64,000 nucleotides of DNA. It comes from Candidatus Levyibacteriota bacterium. Its GTDB lineage: Bacteria > Patescibacteriota > Microgenomatia > Levybacterales > UBA12049. Every line of letters begins with the position of its first letter. Positions within the stretch are counted from its first letter, which is position 1. Shown here one piece after another: positions 1 to 9,235 of the stretch. Made by a program: the position numbers and the translations under genes. Location of the stretch: assembly GCA_963716145.1 (NCBI GenBank), contig OY970292.1, positions 901,404 through 965,403 on the forward strand, written 5' to 3'. The notes beneath the pieces are model-generated. The model saw nothing but the letters and a program-made list of their open reading frames with translations, was not told the origin of the DNA and did not search any database.

Positions 1-51
1 TCAATTTTACTAATTGGCCTTCTTGTATTTTTTATAAATCCGCTTGACCTT

Positions 52-333
52 TTGATGCCTCACATGATGCATCCTTTTATGGTGCCAATGCTCATCATTC
101 TTTTTGTTGCGTTCGCCGGATTTTTGTGGAAAGAACAGCCGGGAGATGAGCGGGAGCAGCTGCATAAATTTATTGCTTCCCGCTTTGCATATTTTGCGGG
201 AATCGCTACATTGATTTTGGGAATTATTATGCAAAGTTCAATTGGAAAAATTGATCCATGGATTGTGATCGCAATATGCATTGCTCTTCTTGCAAAAATA
301 GTTGGTTTAATTTACGGAAAGATGAAGTATTAG
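52..333 (+). CDS. small hydrophobic membrane protein (hypothetical)
   Basis: 93-aa ORF with three hydrophobic helices; no recognisable family. The overlapping antisense ORFs 10..234 and 60..281 are judged spurious. Confidence 0.35.
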   Translation: MMPHMMHPFMVPMLIILFVAFAGFLWKEQPGDEREQLHKFIASRFAYFAGIATLILGIIMQSSIGKIDPWIVIAICIALLAKIVGLIYGKMKY

Positions 334-382
334 GGCGACCCGCCTACGTCAAGACTCCGGCGGGCAAAGGGGGTGAAAAATT

Positions 383-910
383 ATGAACAAAAATTTAATT
401 CTGGGAATAACTATAACAGTAATAGTGCTAGGTGGAGGATGGATGATTGCAAGCAATCAAGCAAAAAATGACTCAGCAGGACATGCCGCTATGGAGAAAG
501 AGATGGTCGATAGTAAAGACGCTATGATGAAGAAAGATGACGCGGCAATGGAAAAGATAGATGACAAAATGATGACGGATCAAAACTCTTCCAATTATGT
601 TGAATACACAAAAGAAACTTTGGAGCAAGCAGCCAACAAGCGCCGAATTTTGTACTTTTATGCGTCTTGGTGTCCGACATGTAGACCAGCGGATGCTGAT
701 TTAAAAGCCAACGAAAGTAAAATACCTAAAGACGTTACTGTTTTGAGAACAAATTATAACGATCCCGATACCGATCAGGAGGAAAAGGAATTGGCCAAAA
801 AGTATGCTGTTACATATCAGCACACTTTTGTTCAAATAGACGCAAATGGGAATGAAGTAACTAAATGGAATGGTGGGCAAACAAAAGAACTTTTGGCAAA
901 TATTAAGTAG
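383..910 (+). CDS. secreted thioredoxin-like thiol-disulfide oxidoreductase
   Basis: N-terminal TM/signal segment followed by a WCPTC active-site motif (YFYASWCPTCR), typical of the thioredoxin fold. Confidence 0.7.
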   Translation: MNKNLILGITITVIVLGGGWMIASNQAKNDSAGHAAMEKEMVDSKDAMMKKDDAAMEKIDDKMMTDQNSSNYVEYTKETLEQAANKRRILYFYASWCPTCRPADADLKANESKIPKDVTVLRTNYNDPDTDQEEKELAKKYAVTYQHTFVQIDANGNEVTKWNGGQTKELLANIK

Positions 911-994
911 CAAGTGAGTATTTCTGGCATGCCTTTTTGGGTATTGCCAGAAAACACTCTATATGTAATAATAGTTAAGTTAGTTAAGTAAATT

Positions 995-2722
995 ATGTTA
1001 TTTTTAATTGGATTTGCATTTTTGGCAGGAGTAATTACGATTCTATCCCCCTGCATTCTTCCTATTCTCCCGATTGTTTTGTCAGGAAGCGTTGGGGGAG
1101 GAAAAAGAAAACCTCAAGGGATTGTGACAGGGTTTGTTCTTAGTTTCACTTTCTTTACACTATTCTTATCAGCACTAGTTAAAGCTACAGGTGTGTCTGC
1201 GGATTTTCTGCGTGGTTTTTCAATAGTAATTATTTTACTTTTTGGAATAAGCATTTTACTTCCTCAGTTTCAAGTACTGATGGAAAAAATGTTTTCCAAG
1301 CTTTCAAATAGATTTGCAGTACAGGGAGTGCATCAAGGGTTTGGCGGAGGAGTTTTGGTCGGTTTGAGTCTTGGGCTTATCTGGACGCCGTGTGTCGGAC
1401 CAATTATAGCAAGTGTCATAACGCTTGCCGCGACAAGTCAGGTGGGTTTTGCCGCATTTTTCATAACATTTGCCTATTCACTTGGTACTGCTATTCCGAT
1501 GTTCGCGATTATGTATGGAGGCCGTGGTTTGCTGCGAAAAGTTCCATGGCTTTTGCCAAATACCGAGAAAATCCAGAAAGCGTTTGGGATATTTATGATA
1601 ATAACTGCAATCGGGATATTTTTTAATGTTGACCGGAAATTCCAAACATATATTCTTGAGACATTCCCACAGTATGGTACAGGGCTTACCAAGCTTGAAG
1701 ATAACGATGCTGTTAAAAAGCAGCTGGATAAGCTATTCCAAAAAGACTCAAAGGATAGCTCGGGAAGTATTGGGAAGCCTACCTTTGATATGCAAAAAGG
1801 TCCAATTGCTCCTGAAATAATTCCGGGAGGGGTTTGGCTCAATTCAAAGCCACTAAAAATGAAAGATTTACGGGGAAAGGTGGTATTGGTTGATTTCTGG
1901 ACATACTCATGTATAAATTGTCAGAGGACTATGCCGTATCTGAAAGATTGGTACGCAAAGTATAAAGACAAAGGATTTGTGATAATTGGTGTTCATTCTC
2001 CGGAATTTGAATTTGAAAAGTCTGAAAAAAATGTAGCTCAAGCGTTGAAGGATTTTGGTCTAAAATATCCGGTTGTGCAGGACAATAATTTTGACACTTG
2101 GAAGGCATATGGCAACCGTTTTTGGCCTGCTAAGTATTTGGTGGATAAAGATGGATATGTCCGTTACACGCACTTTGGAGAGGGAGACTACGCTGAGACC
2201 GAGAAGGTGATACAAGATCTGCTTAAAGAAACGGGACAAATAGTAAACGTGGAGATAAAAAATGAAACAAGCTCCGGTGGACAAGCTGTGCTTTCTCCAG
2301 AAGGTTATCTTGGTTATCAAAGAATGCTGGATTTGATGGGATCGGGGAAGGCTGATCCGGGTGAGCAGCAGTTTGCCTTATCGGAAAATATCAACCCAAA
2401 TAAATTCTCTTTTGGGGGAACTTGGAATGTCAAAAAGGAATCATCGGTTGCGGTTGACGATGCAGTACTCGCCTACAACTTCAATGCAAGTAAAGTTTTC
2501 TTGGTTATGAACCCCGGTGCAGCCAGCGGAAAAATTAAAGTCTACTTAGATGGAAAATTGCTTGATCAAAAATTTGCCGGGAAAGATGTAAAAAACGGCT
2601 ATGTATTAATTGACAGCGATAGGCTTTATGAATTGATCGATTTAAAAGGAAATCCCGGAAACCATTTGCTTAGAATAGAATTTACATCAGGAGTTGAGGT
2701 CTTTGCTTTTACTTTTGGATAA
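995..2722 (+). CDS. CcdA/DsbD-type membrane electron-transfer domain fused to TlpA/ResA-like redoxin domain
   Basis: N-terminus has multiple TM helices with cysteine pairs (SPCILP..., TPCVGP) like the DsbD/CcdA core. The central DFWTYSCINCQ motif is a redoxin (AhpC/TSA/TlpA) CxxC motif. About 200 aa of C-terminal extension follow. Confidence 0.75.
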   Translation: MLFLIGFAFLAGVITILSPCILPILPIVLSGSVGGGKRKPQGIVTGFVLSFTFFTLFLSALVKATGVSADFLRGFSIVIILLFGISILLPQFQVLMEKMFSKLSNRFAVQGVHQGFGGGVLVGLSLGLIWTPCVGPIIASVITLAATSQVGFAAFFITFAYSLGTAIPMFAIMYGGRGLLRKVPWLLPNTEKIQKAFGIFMIITAIGIFFNVDRKFQTYILETFPQYGTGLTKLEDNDAVKKQLDKLFQKDSKDSSGSIGKPTFDMQKGPIAPEIIPGGVWLNSKPLKMKDLRGKVVLVDFWTYSCINCQRTMPYLKDWYAKYKDKGFVIIGVHSPEFEFEKSEKNVAQALKDFGLKYPVVQDNNFDTWKAYGNRFWPAKYLVDKDGYVRYTHFGEGDYAETEKVIQDLLKETGQIVNVEIKNETSSGGQAVLSPEGYLGYQRMLDLMGSGKADPGEQQFALSENINPNKFSFGGTWNVKKESSVAVDDAVLAYNFNASKVFLVMNPGAASGKIKVYLDGKLLDQKFAGKDVKNGYVLIDSDRLYELIDLKGNPGNHLLRIEFTSGVEVFAFTFG

Positions 2723-2774
2723 TAATTTTAATTTTCCTCTTGCCCTATTTTAATTTCCTGTATATACTTAATTT

Positions 2775-3898
2775 ATGGTACGTGTCGCGATAAATGGTTA
2801 TGGAAGAATAGGCAGAGTTGCCCACCGTGTAATCCTACAATGGCATTCTGAGGAGATAGAAGTCGTTGCAATCAATGCAGGCCACTCAACAGACATAAAG
2901 GGCTGGATGTATCTTCTTAAATACGATAGTGTGTATGGCTTGCTACCACAAGATATTAGCGTAAAACCTAACCCAGATGCAGCAGACAAAACTTTACTTG
3001 GACATTTGGTTATATCAGGAAAAGAAATCCCCGTTTATTCGCAAAAAGATCCGAATCTTCTACCATGGAAAGGCCTGAATGTAGATGTTGTTATCGAGTC
3101 TACGGGTCACTTTACATCAGCAGAGCAACTACAATCCCATATCACAGCAGGTGCCAAGGCAGTAGTTCTTTCAGCTCCTGCTAAAGGAGAGGGTGTGCCG
3201 ACATATGTTATCTCTGTAAACGAGACAAATTTCAAGGGAGAGAAAATGATCAACAATGCTTCATGTACCACCAATTGTATAACTCCTGTTGCCAAAATAA
3301 TTGATGCTGCCTTTGGAATTGATAAAGCAATGATGACAACAATTCACGGATACACATCAGACCAGAAGCTTCAGGACGGAGGACACAAAGATTATAGGAG
3401 AGCACGGGCTGCCGGGTTGAACATTGTTCCCACATCAACAGGCGCGACAATTGCGGCTGGTGAGGTGCTGCCGCAATTAAAAGGTGTGTTTGCAGGTTTG
3501 TCAGTACGGGTTCCGGTTCAGTCGGATCACTTTCTGACTTTACATTTTTACTTAAAAAAGAAGTAACGGTTGAGGAAGTAATTGGGGTTTTGGTTAAAGA
3601 AGCAGACAATCCCGTATATAAGGGAATTCTTGCTGTGACCACAGATCCAATTGTTTCATCGGACATTATCGGCAATTCCCACTCAAGCATAGTTGATCTT
3701 TCACTCACGCAAGTGGTTGGAGGTAATATGCTCAAAGTCATCGCCTGGTATGACAATGAATACGGATACGCGAATAGGTTGGTTGAGGAGACGATTATGG
3801 TTGGGCAGCCATCTGCAGCATCTGTTCCACCGACACCAGCTCCAACTGAGTCTACACCAGTTGATCCAAACGCTGCATCACAAGGATCAAGTAGTTGA
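2775..3898 (+). CDS. gap: glyceraldehyde-3-phosphate dehydrogenase, reading frame interrupted by an apparent 1-nt indel near 3505-3516
   Basis: N-terminus VRVAINGYGRIGR (NAD-binding) and the catalytic SCTTNC motif are present. Frame 0 ends at 3566 with an aberrant tail (QSDHFLTLHFYLKKK). The conserved continuation (SLSDFTFLLKKEVTVEEV...WYDNEYGYANR) is in frame 2 from about 3512 and runs to 3898. A low-complexity S/T/P C-terminal tail follows. Confidence 0.8.
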
Positions 3899-3999
3899 TT
3901 TTCCATTTGCTATTTTCCATCTGCCATTGATTGCTTATTTATAAATTGACTAATTGATAAATAAATGGGAAATGATAAATGGACATTGGAAAATAAATT

Positions 4000-4590
4000 A
4001 TGAATGAACCCATTGAGCTTCAAAATATTCGCAATATAACTGTTTCCGGCAGGATCGGTTCAGGAGCAACAACGCTTGCAAAAAGACTTTCTAAAACACT
4101 GGGGTGGGATGTGTTGGACGGGGGGAAATTATTCAGAAAAATAAACGCGGATCTTGGGATATCAATTACAGCAAGTAATAGTCGCCCTGATCATTTTGAC
4201 CTTGAATATGAAGAGAAGGTTAAAAAAACGCTAAAAGAAGAGACGCATCACATCATCCAAAGCCATTTGGCTGGTTTTGACGCTCAGGAAATCACCGGAG
4301 TTTTTAAGATTTTGGTGGTATGTGAAAATAATCAGGGACAGGACAAAACAGAAATAAGGATTGACCGGCTTGTAAATAGGGACGGAAAGGCTGTTGATGA
4401 AGCAAAAAAGGAAGTACTTGAAAGAGAAGCAGAGCATCTCAAAAAATTTCGCAGACTCTATGCAAATCATGATCAAAATTGGGTGTATTGGGATCACAAG
4501 TATTACAATTTAATTGTAAATACTTTTTCCCACAATGAAGAGGAGAGTCTGAAAATTGCACTAGAGGCAATCGGGTATAAGAATTTTTAA
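4000..4590 (+). CDS. P-loop NTP kinase, cytidylate-kinase-like (archaeal-type CMP kinase family)
   Basis: N-terminal ITVSGRIGSGATTLAKRLS Walker-A motif and an overall length of about 190 aa resemble the cytidylate kinase 2 / AAA_17 family. Confidence 0.5.
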   Translation: MNEPIELQNIRNITVSGRIGSGATTLAKRLSKTLGWDVLDGGKLFRKINADLGISITASNSRPDHFDLEYEEKVKKTLKEETHHIIQSHLAGFDAQEITGVFKILVVCENNQGQDKTEIRIDRLVNRDGKAVDEAKKEVLEREAEHLKKFRRLYANHDQNWVYWDHKYYNLIVNTFSHNEEESLKIALEAIGYKNF

Positions 4591-4610
4591 TTTTTATTTT
4601 TCAATTTTCA

Positions 4611-5192
4611 ATGAAATCACAATTTTCAATTTTAAAACATTTAAATATTAAAAATTCATTTCAAATTATTTTAGCAATAGTTTTGTTGGTATTTGGGTTT
4701 GTAGGAAGTGTTAGCGCTCAGGAAGATCTTCCTTCAGCAACTGAGTCATCGAAAGTGGATTATCAACTGTCATATCCGGGGCTTTTGCCTGATCATCCGC
4801 TTTATTTTCTGAAAGCGGCACGGGAGAGAGTGGAAGCTTTTTTTACTTCAAAACCTCTTAATAAGGCTGAATTTAATTTGCTCCAGGCAGATAAAAGAGT
4901 TCAGGCAAGTCAAATGCTTGCTGTAAAAGGAAAATTTGAATTATCTCAATCTACTTTTTCAAAAGCGGAAAACTATTTTGAAGAAGCAATTAACAATACC
5001 TTGCAAGCAAAGACTCAGGGGATTCATATTGATGAGGTTGCCAAGAAGCTTAAAGATGCCAACATAAAACACAAAGAAGTTCTTGGTAATATAGTTGATG
5101 CTTTAGATAAGAAGAATAAAAAACAATTTGTAACGGAAGCTAAGCGATTAACTGATTTTGAAAAAAAAGTGAGAGAGTTGAATCCGAATTAA
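4611..5192 (+). CDS. secreted hypothetical protein (signal peptide, helical)
   Basis: Hydrophobic signal-like segment ILAIVLLVFGFVGSVSA. The annotated N-terminus is encoded by an A/T heptamer-repeat region, so the true start may be internal. Confidence 0.4.
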   Translation: MKSQFSILKHLNIKNSFQIILAIVLLVFGFVGSVSAQEDLPSATESSKVDYQLSYPGLLPDHPLYFLKAARERVEAFFTSKPLNKAEFNLLQADKRVQASQMLAVKGKFELSQSTFSKAENYFEEAINNTLQAKTQGIHIDEVAKKLKDANIKHKEVLGNIVDALDKKNKKQFVTEAKRLTDFEKKVRELNPN

Positions 5193-5312
5193 TGGTCGTT
5201 TCGGATCATTATGTAAAACTTTTTTGAACACCATAAAGGCTCTTGTAAGAAAACGATATTAAAAAATTACTCATCCAAGGCTATTGATCTCCTTTGATAC
5301 TAAAGTTTATAG

Positions 5313-5365
5313 TTGACACCCAAGATCTAGTGGCATATGATTTTTGTGACACTAGATAACTAGAC
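5313..5365 (+). promoter_or_regulatory. sigma70-like promoter (TTGACA-17-TATGAT) overlapped by two tandem NrdR-box-like palindromes (5317..5332 CACccaagatctaGTG; 5350..5365 CACtagataactaGAC)
   Basis: Two CAC-N10-GTG/GAC 16-bp palindromes lie 33 bp apart start-to-start, overlapping the -35 and the region just downstream of the -10. This is the classic tandem NrdR box arrangement, about 100 bp upstream of nrdR-nrdJ. Confidence 0.55.
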
Positions 5366-5449
5366 AAGTCAGAGCTTAAAGTCTATAATTAAGAAGCAAG
5401 AATTCTTGATTTTGAAGCTAAAATGATAGTTTGATTCTAGATAAATATT

Positions 5450-5908
5450 ATGCATTGTCCATACTGCGGTACAAAAAATTCAGAAGTTGTTGAGACACGG
5501 GAGAGCTCAGATCTTGATTCTATAAGAAGGAGAAGATCATGCATGGACTGCTCCAAGAGATTCACAACTTATGAGAGAGTTGAAAATGTTGCTCTGGTTG
5601 TAATTAAAAGAGATGGAAAAAGAGAGCAATTTAGCCGTGAGAAGCTGGAGCGAGGGCTTCTTAAAGCTTGCGAGAAGACAACTATACCAACCGAGATAAT
5701 TGAAAAGATAGTATCAGAAATAACCCGAGAGCTCCGGGCGCAGGACAGTTTGGAAGTGGAGAGTACAATGATAGGAGATCTGGTTGCCAAGAAGCTTAAA
5801 AAGCTTGATAAAGTCGCTTATATCAGATTTGCCAGTGTATTTAAAAGATTTGTTGATATTGAAGATTTTGAAAAAGAAGTAAAAGGGTTAACGCCCAAAA
5901 GCCTATGA
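5450..5908 (+). CDS. nrdR: transcriptional repressor NrdR
   Basis: MHCPYCGTKNSEVVETRES...RRRRSCMDCSKRFTTYERVE is a zinc ribbon, followed by an ATP-cone domain. It overlaps the nrdJ start by 4 nt. Confidence 0.9.
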   Translation: MHCPYCGTKNSEVVETRESSDLDSIRRRRSCMDCSKRFTTYERVENVALVVIKRDGKREQFSREKLERGLLKACEKTTIPTEIIEKIVSEITRELRAQDSLEVESTMIGDLVAKKLKKLDKVAYIRFASVFKRFVDIEDFEKEVKGLTPKSL

Positions 5909-8309
5909 CACTTGATGGAATAAGACACAAAGTATTTATGGATCGCTACTCTTTGAAAGATGAGGAGGGAGTGGCTACTGAGCAAACACCGGACGCGATG
6001 TGGGCACGGGTCGCACGGGGAATTGCCGAAGCTGAGAAAAAGCCGGATCGTAAAAAATGGGAGAAGGAATTCTACCGCGTGATGGATGAATTCAAATTCG
6101 TTCCCGCGGGACGAATTCTATCGGTGCCGGTACCGGCTATCAGGTTACTTACTTTAACTGTTTTGTTATTCCCTCTCCCAAAGATTCAAGACATGGAATC
6201 CTTGAAGCGCTTGGACAGCTGGTCGAGATTCAGGCCCGTTCAGGTGGAGTTGGCTTAAACATGTCTAGTCTTCGTCCCAAAGGCGCACGGGTTAAAAAAG
6301 TAAATGGAACTTCCTCAGGCCCTGTTAACTGGGCAACTCTTTTTTCAGTCGCAACGCATGACATTGTCCAGCAGGGCGGATCAAGACGCGGAGCAACGAT
6401 GTTGATGCTTTGGGACTGGCATCCTGATATTGAAGAATTCATCACCGTTAAAGAGGATCTTACCAAAATAAACGGTGCCAATTTATCAGTCTGTGTGTCC
6501 GATGCATTCATGGAAGCTGTAAAGCTTGATAAAGATTGGGATCTTGTTTATCCTGATCTGACAGATCCAAAATACGACACGAAATGGAACGGGGAAATTG
6601 ATTTATGGAGAAAAATCGGTGGAAAAGTAATAGTTCATAAGACAATCAAAGCGCGTTATCTCTGGGATCTTATCTGCACCGCTGCCTGGAAATCAGCTGA
6701 ACCGGGCCTACACTTTCTTGAAAGAAGCAACAAAAGGTCAAACACATGGTACTTTGAAAGACTTGTTGCTACCAATCCATGCGGTGAGCAGCCTCTTGGA
6801 GCATGGGCAGTCTGCAACTTGGGCGCAATGAATCTGGCAGCGTATGTAAAAAACGGAGAATTTGATTTTGATAATTTCGGAAAAGACACCAAAGTTGCCA
6901 TGAGGCTTCTGGACAATGTCATAGACCTGACATATTATTTCTTCAAAGAAAACGAGAAATGCTCAAAAGATATTCGCAGGACCGGTCTTGGCATCATGGG
7001 ACTTGGGGACGCGCTTATCAAAATGAAACTCCGCTATGGATCTGAGGAATCATTTCCGATTATAGAAAAAATATTTAAGACATTAAGAGATAGTGCGTAT
7101 GATGCGTCTTCTGATCTCGCAAAAGAAAAAGGTTCTTTCCCATTGTTTGATAAGAAAAAATACCTAAAAGGTTACCACATCAAAGCTTTGCCAAAAAAAC
7201 TTCAGGACAAAATAGCAAAACAGGGAATTCGCAACGCAGTTCTTCTGACAATTGCGCCAACAGGTACAACGGGATTAGTTGCGGGTGTCACATCGGGAAT
7301 CGAGCCGGTCTATGAGTTTATGTTTAAGCGTAAATGGAGGGGTGGGGAGGAGACAATGTATCACCCATTATTTGACGAATGGAGACTTGCCAATCCTGAT
7401 GCAGAGAGGCCTTCCTATTTTGCCAGCGCCAATGACCTGACTCCTCTTGAGCACGCAAAAGTCCAGGCAATTGCACAGGCTTATATCGATTCCTCAATCT
7501 CCAAAACAGTTAACGCGCCAAATTCCCACACAATTGAGGATGTTAAAAATCTTTACATGGCAGCATATGATCTGGGGCTTAAAGGTGTTACTTATATGAG
7601 GGATGGATCAAGACAAGGTGTTTTGGAAAGGATTGTTGAGAAGCCAGTTGAAAAACCAATTGAGGCAGCGCCTGTTATTCCTGTGACACCCCGTATGCCG
7701 CGCCCAATGATGCTGACTGGACTTACTTACAAGACCGACAGTCCATCGGGTAAAGTTTACGTTACTCTAAATCACGACGAGAAAGACAACTTGTTTGAAG
7801 TCTTCATAAATCATGGAAAAAGCGGATCTGATCTTATGGCTCTTGCCGATGCGCTTGGAAGGATGATTTCATTTGTTCTCAGGATTCACAGTCCTGTCCC
7901 AACCCGTGAAAGAGTCCGTGAGATTATCTCAGAGTTAACAGGTATTGGAGGATCACGAAGTGTCGGATTTGGGGAAAACAGAGTCCGTTCACTTCCTGAT
8001 GCAATTGCCAAAGTACTGGCGCGCCATTATGAATTCCGGGTAAATGGAAAGGTTGAGGATAGAAAGCCGGCAAACGGCAATGGGTTGAGCAACGGTCACG
8101 CAATTGACGCGGAGCCAAAAGCTCCTGCTCAGGATTTAACGGACGCGACCCAGCTTCCAATTCCCCAAGCTGAAGAAGTGGTCTTTTCGGCAAATACTTC
8201 CTCATCTTCAACATCACTTTTTGATATTTGTCCTGAGTGCGGATCAAGTAGTCTTGCATATGAAGATGGTTGCCAGAAATGCTACGCATGTGGATACTCC
8301 GCGTGCTAG
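5905..8309 (+). CDS. nrdJ: adenosylcobalamin-dependent (class II) ribonucleotide reductase NrdJ, frame interrupted by an apparent 1-nt indel near 6116-6128
   Basis: ORF 5905..6258 (N-terminus, FVPAGRILS) and ORF 6261..8309 are contiguous in the conserved sequence. The frame-0 read-through from about 6121 gives IGAGTGYQVTYFNCFVIPSPKDSRHGILEALGQLVEIQARSGGVGLNMSSLRPKG, which is conserved class II RNR sequence. The active-site NPCGEQPL motif and a C-terminal CxxC...CxxC zinc ribbon are present. Confidence 0.85.
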
Positions 8310-8498
8310 ATATTATTTGTCTTATTGACAATTTATATCTTAAGTATTATATTGTAAATCAATTAAAGATTAACCGGTCAAAAGGTCCGAAAGCTGTGGA
8401 ACTCAGCGCTATGCCGTAACTGTACAGTCAGATCGCAGACTTTTGATTTTTATTCTATCCTTCGAGCAAAGGAAAAGAAGTCTAAAAAAACTTCTAAA

Positions 8499-8521
8499 CT
8501 TCTCGCTTGAGAAGTTTTTTT
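8499..8521 (+). terminator. rho-independent terminator-like hairpin (cttctc-gctt-gagaag + T7)
   Basis: Perfect 6-bp stem with a 4-nt loop, followed by TTTTTTT. It lies between nrdJ and the DUF4430 gene. Confidence 0.55.
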
Positions 8522-8560
8522 ATTCTTAAGCCTCTTTTGCATGTTGGAAGAAAGATCCAA

Positions 8561-9235
8561 ATGCTAAATTTAAAAAAAATAAAAATAAAATCACCTGTGC
8601 CCAAGTTTCTTGTTTATCCCATCCTGGTATTGGTGTTAATTTTTGCCGGGGCTTTATCGTTTGCTCTGGCGCAAATTTCTGCACCGCAAAGACATGATTT
8701 ATCAGTAAGCAAAACGGTTAAAATAACCAAAAAAGCGACAGAAAATCCTACTCCTACTCAAGATCCAGAAGGTTCAATTAATAATCAAATTTACAAAAGC
8801 GCAAAAGCAACCTCCCAGCAGGTATCTGTCCAGCCTGCAACTGCTTCAAATACTAGTGTATCAGCTACTGCAAGTAATACTTCTTCGGGAAGTTCTAGTC
8901 CTACTCCAACCTCAGCGCCTGCGGCAGTTAACGCTTCGGAAAATAAGGTTACTGTTTCTATAAATGGCGATTCAGGCTTTGAGGTAAAAGTTTCAAGCGG
9001 TGCCAATCAATGTGACGTTCTTAGTAAATCATTGGATCAGGGGAAAATCCAAAGCCTTAACATGCGTTATGACAATAGTCTTGGAAGTAATGCAATTTAT
9101 CAGATTAACGGAATTGGGAAGGATAATTCTGTCTGGTGGACTTATAAAGTAAACGGTCAAGCTCCCAGTCAGGGGTGCAGTAAGGTTGGCGCAAATAACG
9201 GTGACAATGTTGAGTGGAAATACATAGGATCATGA
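8561..9235 (+). CDS. secreted DUF4430-family protein (putative cobalamin-binding, transcobalamin-like fold), S/T-rich linker
   Basis: N-terminal TM/signal segment and a Ser/Thr/Pro low-complexity linker. The C-terminal domain pattern W.Y.VNG...G..L..GD.V.WKY is characteristic of DUF4430. Start chosen at the internal Met after the terminator; the longer ORF starts at 8507. Confidence 0.6.
   Translation: MLNLKKIKIKSPVPKFLVYPILVLVLIFAGALSFALAQISAPQRHDLSVSKTVKITKKATENPTPTQDPEGSINNQIYKSAKATSQQVSVQPATASNTSVSATASNTSSGSSSPTPTSAPAAVNASENKVTVSINGDSGFEVKVSSGANQCDVLSKSLDQGKIQSLNMRYDNSLGSNAIYQINGIGKDNSVWWTYKVNGQAPSQGCSKVGANNGDNVEWKYIGS

Noticed and set aside
10-281. Minus-strand ORFs 10..234 and 60..281 overlapping the + strand membrane ORF
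   Set aside because: Antisense to a more plausible hydrophobic ORF, with odd Cys/His-rich composition and no motifs; treated as spurious.
5193-5449. Cobalamin riboswitch upstream of nrdR-nrdJ
   Set aside because: The leader shows NrdR-box/promoter features but none of the B12-box or GGTG/AATCC blocks; riboswitch control here is not supported.
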